Shown piece by piece: positions 45,488 through 55,722 of a stretch of 64,000 nt of DNA. The translations under genes were made by a program, and so were the position numbers. The stretch lies in contig JBAROK010000074.1 of the NCBI GenBank assembly GCA_049642065.1, positions 4,114-68,113 on the forward strand, given 5' to 3'. The notes under the pieces were generated by a model. That model did not search any database, had not been told where the DNA came from, and was given only the letters and a program-made list of their open reading frames with translations. Within the stretch, counting starts at the first letter, position 1, and each line of letters begins with the position of its first letter. The DNA comes from Candidatus Omnitrophota bacterium. GTDB taxonomy: Bacteria > Omnitrophota > Gorgyraeia > Tantalellales > Tantalellaceae.

Positions 45488-45492
45488 AAAAG

Positions 45493-45569
45493 TGGTAGCG
45501 GGGGGCGGACTCGAACCGCCGACAACACGGGTATGAGCCGTGCGCTCTAACCAGCTGAGCTACCCCGCC
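45493..45569 (-). tRNA. tRNA with CAT anticodon. Met elongator is most likely; initiator or lysidine-modified Ile2 is not excluded
   Basis: Reverse complement GGCGGGGTAGCTCAGCTGGTTAGAGCGCACGGCTCATACCCGTGTTGTCGGCGGTTCGAGTCCGCCCCCCGCTACCA. G1-U72 is paired, which argues against a bacterial initiator. Confidence 0.85.
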
Positions 45570-45637
45570 ATTGCCACACTGACAAATTGAAATTCATTAT
45601 ATTGTAAAGAACATGCTTTGTCAATCAGCGCATCAAG

Positions 45638-46714
45638 CTATTCCAGCACCTCTTCTATCCACCCACCGCCGGCAACAATCTCTCCGTCATAGAACACCGC
45701 GGCCTGGCCGGGTGTCGGTGCAAATTGCGGTTCGGCAAACTCAACTATCGCTTCGTCCTCTCCCCAAGGCGTTATAACCGCCTTCTCTTTCTTGCCGTTA
45801 TAACGTATCCTAGTTTCGTACCGTCTCTGTTTATCAAGTCTTTCTATAGCAAGCCAGTTAAACCCGCCTACTCGCATCTTTGAGTTCATAGCCTGACTTT
45901 TTCCGCCGACAGTGATCGTATTGTTCTCCGCATCTATTTTGAGAACATATACGGGATTGGGCATTGCAAGCCCCAGACCACGCCTTTGCCCTACAGTATA
46001 AGAAGCTATACCCTTATGTTTTCCTACGACCTTCCCAGAAACATCAAGTATATCTCCCGGAGAAAAGGCCTCAACACCTAGCTTGCTGAGATAATCCCTG
46101 TAATCCCCTTCGGCAGTCGCAAAACATATATCCTGGCTTGACTTGCGCCACGCGGACATAAAGTTCTGATCAATAGCAACGTCCCTGACCTCTTCCTTCA
46201 CCATCTCCCCCAGAGGAAATTCTATGAACGGCAGTTCGTCCCTGGGTATATCATAAAGAAAATACGACTGGTCGCGCCATTTATCTTTGGCCTCGGCAAG
46301 AAAATGTTTCCCGTCTTTTTCTATAACCCGGGCATAATGCCCGGTAGCAATCCTTTCGGCTCCAAGTTCACGTGCTTTTTGCAGCAGGAAACCGAACTTT
46401 ATCTTACTGTTACAATAGATACAAGGGTTAGGCGTCCTGCCATTGGCATATTCTTCGGCGAAATACTTTTTAACGACATCCGCAAACTCCCGGGAAAGAT
46501 CGATCACATAATACGGGATCCCCAGGTCCTCTGCGACGCTGCGCGCGTATTGTATGGCGGCAAGGGAACAACAAAGCTTTTCGCCTTCTGCGCCACATTC
46601 TTCTTTAGGCCACGTTTTGATGGTCGCGCCTATGACGTCATATCCATCTTTCTTGAGCTTCAGGGCCGCAACGCTCGAATCTACGCCTCCTGACATAGCC
46701 ACTACTATCCGCAT
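45638..46714 (-). CDS. mnmA: tRNA-specific 2-thiouridylase
   Basis: MRIVVAMSGGVDSSVAA PP-loop. The start is placed at the ATG after the GGAG Shine-Dalgarno, giving MRIVV. The track's longer N-terminus overlaps apbE. Confidence 0.85.
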   Translation of the reverse strand: MRIVVAMSGGVDSSVAALKLKKDGYDVIGATIKTWPKEECGAEGEKLCCSLAAIQYARSVAEDLGIPYYVIDLSREFADVVKKYFAEEYANGRTPNPCIYCNSKIKFGFLLQKARELGAERIATGHYARVIEKDGKHFLAEAKDKWRDQSYFLYDIPRDELPFIEFPLGEMVKEEVRDVAIDQNFMSAWRKSSQDICFATAEGDYRDYLSKLGVEAFSPGDILDVSGKVVGKHKGIASYTVGQRRGLGLAMPNPVYVLKIDAENNTITVGGKSQAMNSKMRVGGFNWLAIERLDKQRRYETRIRYNGKKEKAVITPWGEDEAIVEFAEPQFAPTPGQAAVFYDGEIVAGGGWIEEVLE

Positions 46715-46716
46715 TA

Positions 46717-47730
46717 TCATTTCTCCATAATATATTTTTTTGCTCCGCTGGAAAAACTCACCGTATGGTGTTTCCCCGGACAATACACTGTAATAACCTC
46801 AATATCACTGAGAGATTCTGAAAGTTTCAGCGCCCTTTCAATTCCCATTGCCATCATACCAGTCGCCAGCGCATCCGCTTCTGTACACGAGGACGCCAAT
46901 ACCGTAACGCTGGTAGACCGCTCCTTTACGGCATTATCGGTAATAGGATCGATGATATGTGATATCGCCTCGCCCGTTCTTTCGTCAAAGATAACGTTCT
47001 CGTAATCCCCGCTCGTTGCAACTGCTATATCTTCAAGATAAAGTGTTGCTACTATATTGCTCGCACTGGGTTTACGAATGCCTATCTTCCATGGTCCGCC
47101 TTTTTCCCTTTTGCCGCAATACAGGTCGCCACCAGCATTGACCATTACCCCGCCCAACCCTTTACTCCTGAAAAAAGCGACCATGCGATCAACGATATAT
47201 CCTTTAGCAATACCTGAAAGGTCTATCCAGGCTCCCTTGTTGAGGCTGATAGTTTCACTATCAGCCTCAAGCTCAACGTTCTCGTACCCTACCCCGTCAA
47301 AAGTATCAGGGATCTTTGCAAGTAGCTCTTTAGGCATATCACTGTAAAACCCGTCTGCCTTCATAACAGGAGCAACTGTTATATCGAATTCCCCTCCGGT
47401 AATATTACTTATCCTCTTCGCTTCTTTTATCAGGTTAAAAAGTTCCGGGGAGACTTTTGCTTTACCGGTTTCGTTAAGTTTATTTACCTCGCTTTTTGGG
47501 TCGAACGCACTGAAACTCTCCTCAAGGTCCCGGGCAAGTTCCATCGCTCCGTCAATCGCGCTTTTTACCTCGCTTTCTGGACGACCGGGCGCGGATACCT
47601 TCACCTGCACGAACGTACCCATCAATGGTTCTACACGTGAATAATCTTTCGGATGGCTTATCCTTGAACAACCCGATACGAATAGAACAAGCACCGCTAT
47701 GCAAATAACCCTTAATCTGGGACTTCTCAT
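46717..47730 (-). CDS. apbE: FAD:protein FMN transferase (flavin transferase ApbE), lipoprotein-type
   Basis: Signal plus GC lipobox. ApbE motifs GGEFDITVAPV and SGDY. Confidence 0.8.
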   Translation of the reverse strand: MRSPRLRVICIAVLVLFVSGCSRISHPKDYSRVEPLMGTFVQVKVSAPGRPESEVKSAIDGAMELARDLEESFSAFDPKSEVNKLNETGKAKVSPELFNLIKEAKRISNITGGEFDITVAPVMKADGFYSDMPKELLAKIPDTFDGVGYENVELEADSETISLNKGAWIDLSGIAKGYIVDRMVAFFRSKGLGGVMVNAGGDLYCGKREKGGPWKIGIRKPSASNIVATLYLEDIAVATSGDYENVIFDERTGEAISHIIDPITDNAVKERSTSVTVLASSCTEADALATGMMAMGIERALKLSESLSDIEVITVYCPGKHHTVSFSSGAKKYIMEK

Positions 47731-47744
47731 AAGCTAACTTAACT

Positions 47745-48884
47745 CTATATTATGCTTTTGAACACTCGCTCCACGTAAACATACTTCTCTATCATGTCTA
47801 TCGCAAGCTTAACCTTGTTCTTGTCTCTTGACTTGATCTTTACCGTGAGGTCATGTACCCGTGAAGCCACATCGTAGGTATCGTGCCGGCACGTCAGCGT
47901 GGGAATATCCGTGCTTTTAAGAGCATTATATATCCTGCGTTTCGGGGTGAGTCCCCCCGAAAGTATAAGCCCCGCTACCCTCTTGGGAGCTTTAAAACGA
48001 CCGGTGTGTATCTTTATCACAAGACTTATCAGATCACCCCTGTTGCCCGGAGTTATCATCAAAGAATCGTCCTCGATGAAATGAGCGGCTTCTTTTACTT
48101 CCATGGCCCCCACTAGAATCTTCCTCATTTGTCTTCCGAGATATTTTTCGCCACACAGAACGTGCATATCAAGCTCTTCCTTGAAATCCTGCATAGTAGG
48201 TATATCAAGGAGCTCAACGTACGGTATTACCCCCAAAATCGGTATCCCCAGCCTGTCCAGACCTTTCCGCACGTAAGTGTTCACTTTATCGTACTTATGC
48301 GGAAGCACTTTGTTTATTACCACGCCTGCTAGTTTGACGCCCATTTTATCGAATAGGGATTTATTTACGGTAATTTCATCAATGGGATTCCCTATTCCCC
48401 CGGGGGCTACGAGTATGACCTGCGAATCGAGCATTTTTGCAACAGCTGCGTTAGACAAGTCGAATACCGAGCCTACTCCCGCATGCCCAGTACCCTCTAT
48501 GATAACTATATCCTTGCCTTCAGCTACACTGTTAAAAGCCTCTTTGATCCTGGCAGAAGAATCCCCGGTAATCCTGCCGTCCAGAAACTTTTCCGTGTAT
48601 CCCCGTTCTACAGCAATAGGCGACATATCCTGAATAGGAGCATCTAAATTGAAGATACGTTCCATAAGAACCGCATCCTCATCCACCTTATTACCTTTCT
48701 CTACCAGGTAACGCTGCCCGACCGGTTTTATAAACCCAATTTTTTTGGAATGTTTCCTAAGTGTGGCGAGAAGACCTAGAGAAACCGTGGTCTTCCCTAC
48801 GTTCTGTCTTGTTGCGGCTATAAAGATACGTTTTGTACGCTTTATACCGAATATTTTTTCCCAGGTTTCTATGTAGGATTTCAT
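47745..48884 (-). CDS. DRTGG-domain protein with BioD/CobQ-like P-loop N-domain (phosphotransacetylase N-terminal-like)
   Basis: P-loop AATRQNVGKTTVSLGL and a C-terminal DRTGG-like segment. Confidence 0.55.
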   Translation of the reverse strand: MKSYIETWEKIFGIKRTKRIFIAATRQNVGKTTVSLGLLATLRKHSKKIGFIKPVGQRYLVEKGNKVDEDAVLMERIFNLDAPIQDMSPIAVERGYTEKFLDGRITGDSSARIKEAFNSVAEGKDIVIIEGTGHAGVGSVFDLSNAAVAKMLDSQVILVAPGGIGNPIDEITVNKSLFDKMGVKLAGVVINKVLPHKYDKVNTYVRKGLDRLGIPILGVIPYVELLDIPTMQDFKEELDMHVLCGEKYLGRQMRKILVGAMEVKEAAHFIEDDSLMITPGNRGDLISLVIKIHTGRFKAPKRVAGLILSGGLTPKRRIYNALKSTDIPTLTCRHDTYDVASRVHDLTVKIKSRDKNKVKLAIDMIEKYVYVERVFKSII

Positions 48885-48897
48885 AGTGAACTGCTAA

Positions 48898-49701
48898 TTA
48901 GAAAGAATGTTCTTCGTCAGGGAAAGATCCCTCTTCGGTCTCTTTCTTGAAGGTCGAGACCGCTTCCCGTATCGTTTTGTTTATATCCGCGTATCGTTTC
49001 ACGAACTTGGGAGTGAACTTATCGTAATATCCTATCATGTCATACGTAACAAGTACCTGGCCATCACAAAGCTGTCCCGCCCCTATACCGATAGTAGGCA
49101 CTCTCAACTTAGCTGTTATCTTGCCAGCCAGATCACTAGGCACACATTCCAGGATGATGGCAAAACATCCCGCTTTTTCAAGAAGAACGGCATCTTCAGC
49201 GATCGTTTTAGCGGCGTCCGGATCCTTACCCTGTACTTTATACCTACCGATTTTATTGATACTCTGAGGAGTCAGTCCGATATGTCCCAAGACCGGTATG
49301 CCAACATCCACCATAGCCTTAATACGTGAACAGGTTTCCCTACCGCCTTCGATCTTCACCGCTTCGCATCCAGCTTCCTGGACAAACCTCCCAGCGTTTC
49401 TTACCGCATCCTCATCACTGGCTTGATACGACATGAATGGCATATCCCCTATCAAAAAAGCGCGTTTGACACCTCTGCGCACAGCCTTGCAATGATGTAT
49501 CATCTCGTCCATGGTAACGCTTACGGTGGAATCATATCCCAAGACTACCATCCCCACCGAATCTCCTACAAGAACAGCGTCTATCCCGGCCGAATCCACA
49601 ATACCCGCCATAGGGCAATCATAAGCGGTAAGCATGGTTATTTTTTCGCCATCATCTTTTTTCCGCTTAAAATCCAGTATTGTGACCTTATCTAGCGACA
49701 T
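48898..49701 (-). CDS. panB: 3-methyl-2-oxobutanoate hydroxymethyltransferase
   Basis: ITMLTAYDCPMAGIVDSAGIDAVLVGDSVGMVVLGY...GCEAVKIEGG. Confidence 0.85.
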   Translation of the reverse strand: MSLDKVTILDFKRKKDDGEKITMLTAYDCPMAGIVDSAGIDAVLVGDSVGMVVLGYDSTVSVTMDEMIHHCKAVRRGVKRAFLIGDMPFMSYQASDEDAVRNAGRFVQEAGCEAVKIEGGRETCSRIKAMVDVGIPVLGHIGLTPQSINKIGRYKVQGKDPDAAKTIAEDAVLLEKAGCFAIILECVPSDLAGKITAKLRVPTIGIGAGQLCDGQVLVTYDMIGYYDKFTPKFVKRYADINKTIREAVSTFKKETEEGSFPDEEHSF

Positions 49702-49702
49702 A

Positions 49703-50443
49703 TTAAACTATCCCTGTCAGGTAATCGATAAAATCCACGGTTATAGGACACAGGTAAACATGAGAATTCTCGGCATTTGACCTAATTAAAACTTCTTTCG
49801 CAAAAGTCTGGTTCCATCCCATGGTACATACAAAATCTTCCGGGAACACTACGCCATTCTTGGTCTCCCAGTATTTCTTTGATGATTCTCTGATCACTGG
49901 AGCTAACCCCCAGAAAACATGCGTGTCATTCAGCTCTTTCGCCCAGGACTCCAAAAGCTCAAGATCAAAGAAAGGTTGCGTAAAGAATCCATCCGCTCCA
50001 GCTTTTCTTTTTTCTTCCACATACACCATCTCTTCAGCAAAAGTCGTTCTCCACTGGTCTACTCCTGCATAAACCGTCATCTCCGGCATCTCTTCTTTTA
50101 TCTTCTTGATAAGCTCTACCGAAGTACAAGGGTTCTCGCTCTGGGAAACAATCTCAGGGTTGTCCCCCAGTATAACAAGCACTTCTGTAATATTATTCTC
50201 AACGAAAAAGTCTTTGCAAGAGAGCGGTTCTTCTCTATTTATTGAAACCGCCCGGATATGTGGAATGATATTCGAAAAATATGGAGCTGCGACTTTACAG
50301 GCTTCAGGGATCCTGACATCGAATTTAAGGATGTCCGGAATGTTCAGCGTATCCACACAGGGAAACTGTTCCCTAACCGTACGCAGCTCTTCCGCGAACA
50401 ATTCTTCAGTACGTGGTACTAATTCCAGAGATATCCTGCCCAT
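49703..50443 (-). CDS. metF: Methylenetetrahydrofolate reductase-like protein (short MetF family)
   Basis: ISLELVPR N-terminus and FTQPFFD motif. Co-located with folD and fhs. Confidence 0.55.
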   Translation of the reverse strand: MGRISLELVPRTEELFAEELRTVREQFPCVDTLNIPDILKFDVRIPEACKVAAPYFSNIIPHIRAVSINREEPLSCKDFFVENNITEVLVILGDNPEIVSQSENPCTSVELIKKIKEEMPEMTVYAGVDQWRTTFAEEMVYVEEKRKAGADGFFTQPFFDLELLESWAKELNDTHVFWGLAPVIRESSKKYWETKNGVVFPEDFVCTMGWNQTFAKEVLIRSNAENSHVYLCPITVDFIDYLTGIV

Positions 50444-50455
50444 CTATATTCCTTC

Positions 50456-51313
50456 TCAGCTATGCTGGTTCCTGTAAGCCCTGGAGACGTTACGCATAAG
50501 TATAGACACGGTGACCGGCCCCACACCCCCGGGTACCGGAGTTATTATAGAAGCTTTTTCCACAACCTCGGAGAATTTCACGTCCCCTACTATACCTGCG
50601 GCTGTCTTATTAATACCTACGTCAATTACCGCAGCTCCGTCTTTGACCCAGTCACCCTTCACCAGTTCTGCCTTACCCACCGCCACTACAAGCACATCGG
50701 CTCTTCTTGCGTGAGAAGCCAGATCTCCCTTTTCATACGTACCGATATGACACACCGTAGTAGTAGCCATCTCATTAAGCATCATCATGCTCAAGGGTTT
50801 GCCTACTATCGCTGAATGTCCTATTATCACAACTTCTTTGCCGTAAAATTCTATTTGCTGCATACGCAGCATCTTCATTATCGCCCCGGGAGTGCATGGT
50901 ACTATATCGGCCTCTTTACGTAATATCTTGCCCAGGTTGAACGTATGGATACCTTCTGCGTCTTTTTCCGGTCTGATACTGGCTACCACACTGTCGTGCT
51001 GAATACCTTCCGGCAATGGCTTCTGGACGATTATGGACGTTACCGTCTCATCGGCATTAAGCTCCGCTATCTTTACAAACAACTCATCCTTAGAGATACC
51101 CGCATCCATCTCATGCGAAGCGAACTCTATACCTACGAGCTCGGCCGCTTTCTTCTGCATATTAACATATATTTCCGCGTCCCCGCTGCTACCGACCAGA
51201 ACAGATGCGAGCTTCGGCGCCCTCCCAACAGAGAACTCTAAATCCTGTATGTTCTTTTTGACCTTGTCGTTGATCGCCAAAGCGATCTCTCTACCGTCAA
51301 TGATCTTGGACAT
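50456..51313 (-). CDS. folD: Bifunctional methylenetetrahydrofolate dehydrogenase/methenyl-THF cyclohydrolase
   Basis: IIDGREIA...LASVLVGSSGDAEIYV...IIGHSAIVGKP. Confidence 0.9.
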   Translation of the reverse strand: MSKIIDGREIALAINDKVKKNIQDLEFSVGRAPKLASVLVGSSGDAEIYVNMQKKAAELVGIEFASHEMDAGISKDELFVKIAELNADETVTSIIVQKPLPEGIQHDSVVASIRPEKDAEGIHTFNLGKILRKEADIVPCTPGAIMKMLRMQQIEFYGKEVVIIGHSAIVGKPLSMMMLNEMATTTVCHIGTYEKGDLASHARRADVLVVAVGKAELVKGDWVKDGAAVIDVGINKTAAGIVGDVKFSEVVEKASIITPVPGGVGPVTVSILMRNVSRAYRNQHS

Positions 51314-51314
51314 A

Positions 51315-51926
51315 CTAAATTCCTTCGGGGTTCATGACATCATTTACTTGATGAGACACTTTCATCCAGATGTTTTCAATGTCTTTCCTCATCGTCGCTA
51401 ACGCCGTTTCGGCATTCTCACAAAAAGAAATATCAGTTATGTATTTAAGGTTTATCTGAACATTAAGCTGAGCGGAATAGAAAGCCCCTTTTAGAAGGTG
51501 CGCAGCACAACCCACGTCAGATACAAGGTTCTTGTTGCCTTTTTCGCTCAGATAAGAGGTTATATCCATTGAAACATGTGCTTCCCGGCAGATGTTCATC
51601 GGCACTATAGCTGCGGCTATATACTCTTTCTGTGCGTTCTGTCTTGCGGAAAGCTTTTCCGTAAGCTGCCTGAACACCCTAGAATCTTCGTCAATAAGCT
51701 CCGAAAGCTTATCAAGGCTTTCCTGCTGCCGGTTCTTAGACGCCTCCAAACCTTCACTGTTCTCTTTAACCGCCTTACCGCTGTAATTTATTACCATGAG
51801 ATTGAGACTCGCACCCAGCGCCGCAGAAAGTGCCGACGCACTACCCCCACCCGGCGTTTCGCTACGTGCCGAAAGCTCTTTAAGATATGCATCAACAGTA
51901 GAGTTCAAGTACTCCCGTTCCTGCAT
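51315..51926 (-). CDS. Formiminotransferase-cyclodeaminase C-domain-like protein (putative methenyl-THF cyclohydrolase/cyclodeaminase)
   Basis: PGGGSASALSAALGASLNLMV matches the FTCD_C cyclodeaminase signature. Confidence 0.6.
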   Translation of the reverse strand: MQEREYLNSTVDAYLKELSARSETPGGGSASALSAALGASLNLMVINYSGKAVKENSEGLEASKNRQQESLDKLSELIDEDSRVFRQLTEKLSARQNAQKEYIAAAIVPMNICREAHVSMDITSYLSEKGNKNLVSDVGCAAHLLKGAFYSAQLNVQINLKYITDISFCENAETALATMRKDIENIWMKVSHQVNDVMNPEGI

Positions 51927-53629
51927 TAAAACAATCCTTTCACCTCACCGGTCTTTACGTCAACATCTACCTGCGTACCGCGCGGAACTTTAGGTAATCC
52001 TGGCATCGTATTAACACCTTCACATTTTACCACGACATATCCAGCCCCCGCCGCCACACTAACTTCTTCTACTGCCAGTTTGAATCCCCTGGGACGACCT
52101 TTCTTGTTTGGGTTAGTGGAAAGGGAAAGATGCGTTTTAGCCATGCATACCGGAAGCTGGTCAAGTCCGGCCTTCTCTATTCTTTTGAGACCGTCTTGCG
52201 CCTGATCGGAATACTTAACCTCGCTTGCCCCGTACATGGATTTTGATATCCTTTCTATCTTGCTCATGAGGTTCATGTCAACAGGGTAAAGATATCTCAT
52301 TTTCGATTTTTCTTTGGCTGCCTTGACCACAGCACGGGCAAGTTCCATCCCGCCACTACTTCCTTCCTTATAAACTTCGCTTATGGCAATACCCTGAACT
52401 TCTAAAGCTTCAGCGCGCCTGATAACAACATCGAGTTCCTTTTTAGTGTCCGTCTCGAACTTGTTAATACAAATGACTATCGGCACACCGAACATCTTCA
52501 GGTTCTCCACCTGTTTTTCCAAGTTGGAGCATCCTCTGTCGACCGCAGAAAGATTCTCTTTCTTAAGATCTGCCGGCATAACAGTACCCTTGAAAGAGAA
52601 ATCTCCGCTATGCACCTTAAGCGCCCTTACCGAACAGTTTATCACTACCACGTCCGGCCTGAGCTTAGTCTGCCTGCACTTGATATCGATAAACTTTTCG
52701 GCTCCCAGATCCACACCGAACCCGCTTTCTACGACTGTGTAGTCCGAAAGCTTCATAGCCATTTTATCGGCTATCACCGAACTTGATCCATGCGAAACGT
52801 TAGCGAATGCGCCCGTATGCACAAAACACGGAGTGTGTTCGATAGTTTGCATCAGGTTGGGGTTTAAAGCCTCTTTCATAAGTGCCGTCATAGCCCCGGC
52901 TACTTTCAGGTTTTCGGTGGTGACGGGTTTCCCACTCTTAGTATATCCAACTACGATATTGCCTAGGCGAGAACGCAGATCTTTAAGGTTCTCCGCCAGA
53001 GAAAGAATGGCCATACATTCACCGGCAGGCGTTATATCTACCCCTGTCTTCCGACTGACACCATGGAGTTTCCCTCCCCCGCCTATCGCAATATTCCTTA
53101 AAGCTCTATCATTGATGTCCTCTACCCTTTTCCAAGTGATACTGTCCTTGTCTATATCAAGCGGATTCCCCCAGAAAAGACTGTTATCCAAAAACGACGC
53201 ACATAAATTCTGCGCGCTGGATACGGCTGAAGAATCTCCTGTAAGATAAAGGTTGATCTCCTCGGCCGGCAATACCTGTGAAAACCCTCCTCCTGTAGCT
53301 CCACCTTTGACCCCGAATATCGGACCAAGAGAAGGTTGACGCAAACAAGCGATGGATTTTTTACCCATCTTGTTAAGCGCCATGGAAAGCCCTATCGTGT
53401 TCACGGTCTTTCCTTCACCCAGATGGGTCGGCGTAATAGACGTAACAAGAACCAGTTTGCCTTCCTTGCGGTTCTTAAGGGTACTGCCTAACATTTCCAC
53501 TGAAACTTTTGCTGTATGGTTGCCGTACTTGGTAAGATACTTCGAAATAATACCGGTTTTTTTCGCGACATCCTCGATATTTTTGAGTTTTACTCCCGCA
53601 GCCGCTTTGACATCATACCTGTTGCCCAT
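51926..53629 (-). CDS. fhs: Formate--tetrahydrofolate ligase
   Basis: About 567 aa. P-loop TPTHLGEGKT. Highly conserved family pattern. Confidence 0.9.
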   Translation of the reverse strand: MGNRYDVKAAAGVKLKNIEDVAKKTGIISKYLTKYGNHTAKVSVEMLGSTLKNRKEGKLVLVTSITPTHLGEGKTVNTIGLSMALNKMGKKSIACLRQPSLGPIFGVKGGATGGGFSQVLPAEEINLYLTGDSSAVSSAQNLCASFLDNSLFWGNPLDIDKDSITWKRVEDINDRALRNIAIGGGGKLHGVSRKTGVDITPAGECMAILSLAENLKDLRSRLGNIVVGYTKSGKPVTTENLKVAGAMTALMKEALNPNLMQTIEHTPCFVHTGAFANVSHGSSSVIADKMAMKLSDYTVVESGFGVDLGAEKFIDIKCRQTKLRPDVVVINCSVRALKVHSGDFSFKGTVMPADLKKENLSAVDRGCSNLEKQVENLKMFGVPIVICINKFETDTKKELDVVIRRAEALEVQGIAISEVYKEGSSGGMELARAVVKAAKEKSKMRYLYPVDMNLMSKIERISKSMYGASEVKYSDQAQDGLKRIEKAGLDQLPVCMAKTHLSLSTNPNKKGRPRGFKLAVEEVSVAAGAGYVVVKCEGVNTMPGLPKVPRGTQVDVDVKTGEVKGLF

Positions 53630-53685
53630 AACTTTTTCTCCCTTCCTGCCTGCAATGATTCAGGAAAATTGTTTAATAGCATTTT

Positions 53686-54366
53686 TTATGAACTATAACT
53701 AAAATCATCCCGCTTTTTCGAGCCGCTCTTTTTAATCTTTCGGCGACTTCCAAACGGCCCAAACGTCTCTCTATGGATAGGACAAAGTCCGTATCTCTTT
53801 ATAGCTTCTACGTGTTCGCGCGTGCCGTACCCTTTGTGCTTCTTGAAACTATACTGTGGATATTTTTTGTCCTCTTCCAGCATCAGTTTGTCCCTGAATA
53901 CTTTGGCGACTATGGACGCGCATGCAATCGATATGCTAAGTTCGTCTCCTCTTATCAAGCAAGTGCGCGGTTGCGGCGTCTGCACTTCCATATTTCCGTC
54001 TACCAGAAGATAATCAGGCGCTTTTTCGAGCTCTTCAATAGCCTTTTTCATTGCCAGAAGCGTCGCGTTGTATATGTTCAGCCTGTCGATCTCTTCGACA
54101 CTGACCATTCCAATGCCTACATCGCACCTTTTCAGTATGTCAATAAACGCCCGCTCTCTCATGCGTTCAGTCAATTTCTTTGAATCGTCGATCCTCTCGA
54201 TGAAATCCCTATCCCGTATAACTGCTGCTGCTGCCACGACAGGCCCCGCAAGAGGACCACGGCCAGCCTCATCAACACCGGCTATTCGCCTATGTCCGGC
54301 TTTGATGGCCTTCTCTTCGTAAACAAAGGTATCCCTTTGACTATTTGGCCTCTTTTTTCTGGGCAA
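53686..54366 (-). CDS. rnhB: Ribonuclease HII
   Basis: [17 protein letters not shown] and DSK motifs. Confidence 0.85.
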   Translation of the reverse strand: MPRKKRPNSQRDTFVYEEKAIKAGHRRIAGVDEAGRGPLAGPVVAAAAVIRDRDFIERIDDSKKLTERMRERAFIDILKRCDVGIGMVSVEEIDRLNIYNATLLAMKKAIEELEKAPDYLLVDGNMEVQTPQPRTCLIRGDELSISIACASIVAKVFRDKLMLEEDKKYPQYSFKKHKGYGTREHVEAIKRYGLCPIHRETFGPFGSRRKIKKSGSKKRDDFSYSS

Positions 54367-54709
54367 CTTTTTCCTTTACCTTTGTAGCCTTTTTACCTTT
54401 TTTGCTCCGCAGGTAATACAATTTGGCACGTCTTACTTTTCCCTTTTTCTTTACCTCTACCTTATCGATCAGCGGAGAATTTAACGGGAACACGCGCTCA
54501 ACACCCTCCCCGTAGGATATGCGCCTGGCGGTAAAGCTTTTTCCTATCCCTGAACCTTTTTCACCAATAACTATACCGCTGAAGACCTGGATACGTCTCT
54601 TGTCACCTTCCTGAACATTGAAATGGACGTCTACCGTATCGCCTATGTTAAATTGCGGCAGATCTTTTTTTGCAAATTTTTTTTCAAGGTTCTCTATCTG
54701 TTTCTTCAT
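54341..54709 (-). CDS. rplS: 50S ribosomal protein L19
   Basis: Conserved L19 pattern [11 protein letters not shown]...RIQVFSG. Confidence 0.85.
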   Translation of the reverse strand: MKKQIENLEKKFAKKDLPQFNIGDTVDVHFNVQEGDKRRIQVFSGIVIGEKGSGIGKSFTARRISYGEGVERVFPLNSPLIDKVEVKKKGKVRRAKLYYLRSKKGKKATKVKEKVAQKKEAK

Positions 54710-54734
54710 CGCTTCTCCTCCTCATTATCTGAAA

Positions 54735-55424
54735 TTATTTCTTGTTCTCTTCTAATAGATCGGGCCGTCTTTCGCGGGTCCTGGTATAAGCCTCTTGCCT
54801 GCGCCATTGGCCTATCTTCTTCGGATCGCCGCTTAAAAGGACTTCAGGAACACGCATATTCTGATACTCTGCAGGACGGGTATATTGCGGATATTCAAGC
54901 ATCCCGTCTTCAAACGATTCGTCCCTGAGACATTCTTCGTCTCCCAGCACCCCAGGAATAAGTCTTATAATCGAATCGCAAATCACCATAGCCGGCAGTT
55001 CGCCACACGTAAGTATGTAATCGCCGATCGATATCTCCATATTGACAAGACTTCGGATCCTCTCGTCAAACCCTTCATAATGACCACAAACGAATATGAT
55101 GTGATCTACTACGCTTAGCGCCTTTCCTATCGACTGATTAAATAATTGTCCCTGCGGCGTAATGAGGACTACCAGAGGAACTCTGTCCTCGTCCTCAGCC
55201 TTAAGCTCTTCAAGGGCTTTATACACAGGTTCGACCTTCATTACCATACCAGGTCCACCTCCGTAAGGCTTATCGTCAGCTGTTTTATGCCGATCCTCAG
55301 TCCATTTCCTGAGGTTATGGATATTGATGTCCACGAGCCCTTTTTCCTGAGCTATCTTCATCATCGACTCGCCAAAAACCCTGCCAAACATATCAGGAAA
55401 TAGCGTCAAAATGTCTATTTTCAT
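54735..55424 (-). CDS. trmD: tRNA (guanine37-N1)-methyltransferase
   Basis: [13 protein letters not shown]...[17 protein letters not shown]...[14 protein letters not shown]. Confidence 0.9.
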   Translation of the reverse strand: MKIDILTLFPDMFGRVFGESMMKIAQEKGLVDINIHNLRKWTEDRHKTADDKPYGGGPGMVMKVEPVYKALEELKAEDEDRVPLVVLITPQGQLFNQSIGKALSVVDHIIFVCGHYEGFDERIRSLVNMEISIGDYILTCGELPAMVICDSIIRLIPGVLGDEECLRDESFEDGMLEYPQYTRPAEYQNMRVPEVLLSGDPKKIGQWRRQEAYTRTRERRPDLLEENKK

Positions 55425-55464
55425 ATCACTCTTTTGTAATGACCCGCTTTTAGCGGATCAAAAA

Positions 55465-55704
55465 TTATATTTCCAGCCTTTTAAGAATACTCTTTACCGT
55501 TTCGGACGGTTTCGCACCGTTTTTCAACCAGTATTCGACCCGTTCTCTGTCAAGCGCGACCTCGTTCGCACCTTTCTTCGGATCATAATGGCCAAGCTCT
55601 TCCAGGGACCTGCCATCCCGTTTCGTTGACTTGGTCATCGCCACAATGCGGTAAAAAGGCTTTTTCTTGGTGCCGAACTTTTTTAATCTCAGAACTACTG
55701 CCAT
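55465..55704 (-). CDS. rpsP: 30S ribosomal protein S16
   Basis: MAVVLRLKKFGTKKKPFYRIVA. Confidence 0.85.
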   Translation of the reverse strand: MAVVLRLKKFGTKKKPFYRIVAMTKSTKRDGRSLEELGHYDPKKGANEVALDRERVEYWLKNGAKPSETVKSILKRLEI

Positions 55705-55722
55705 TTTTTCTTTCTCCTCCTC

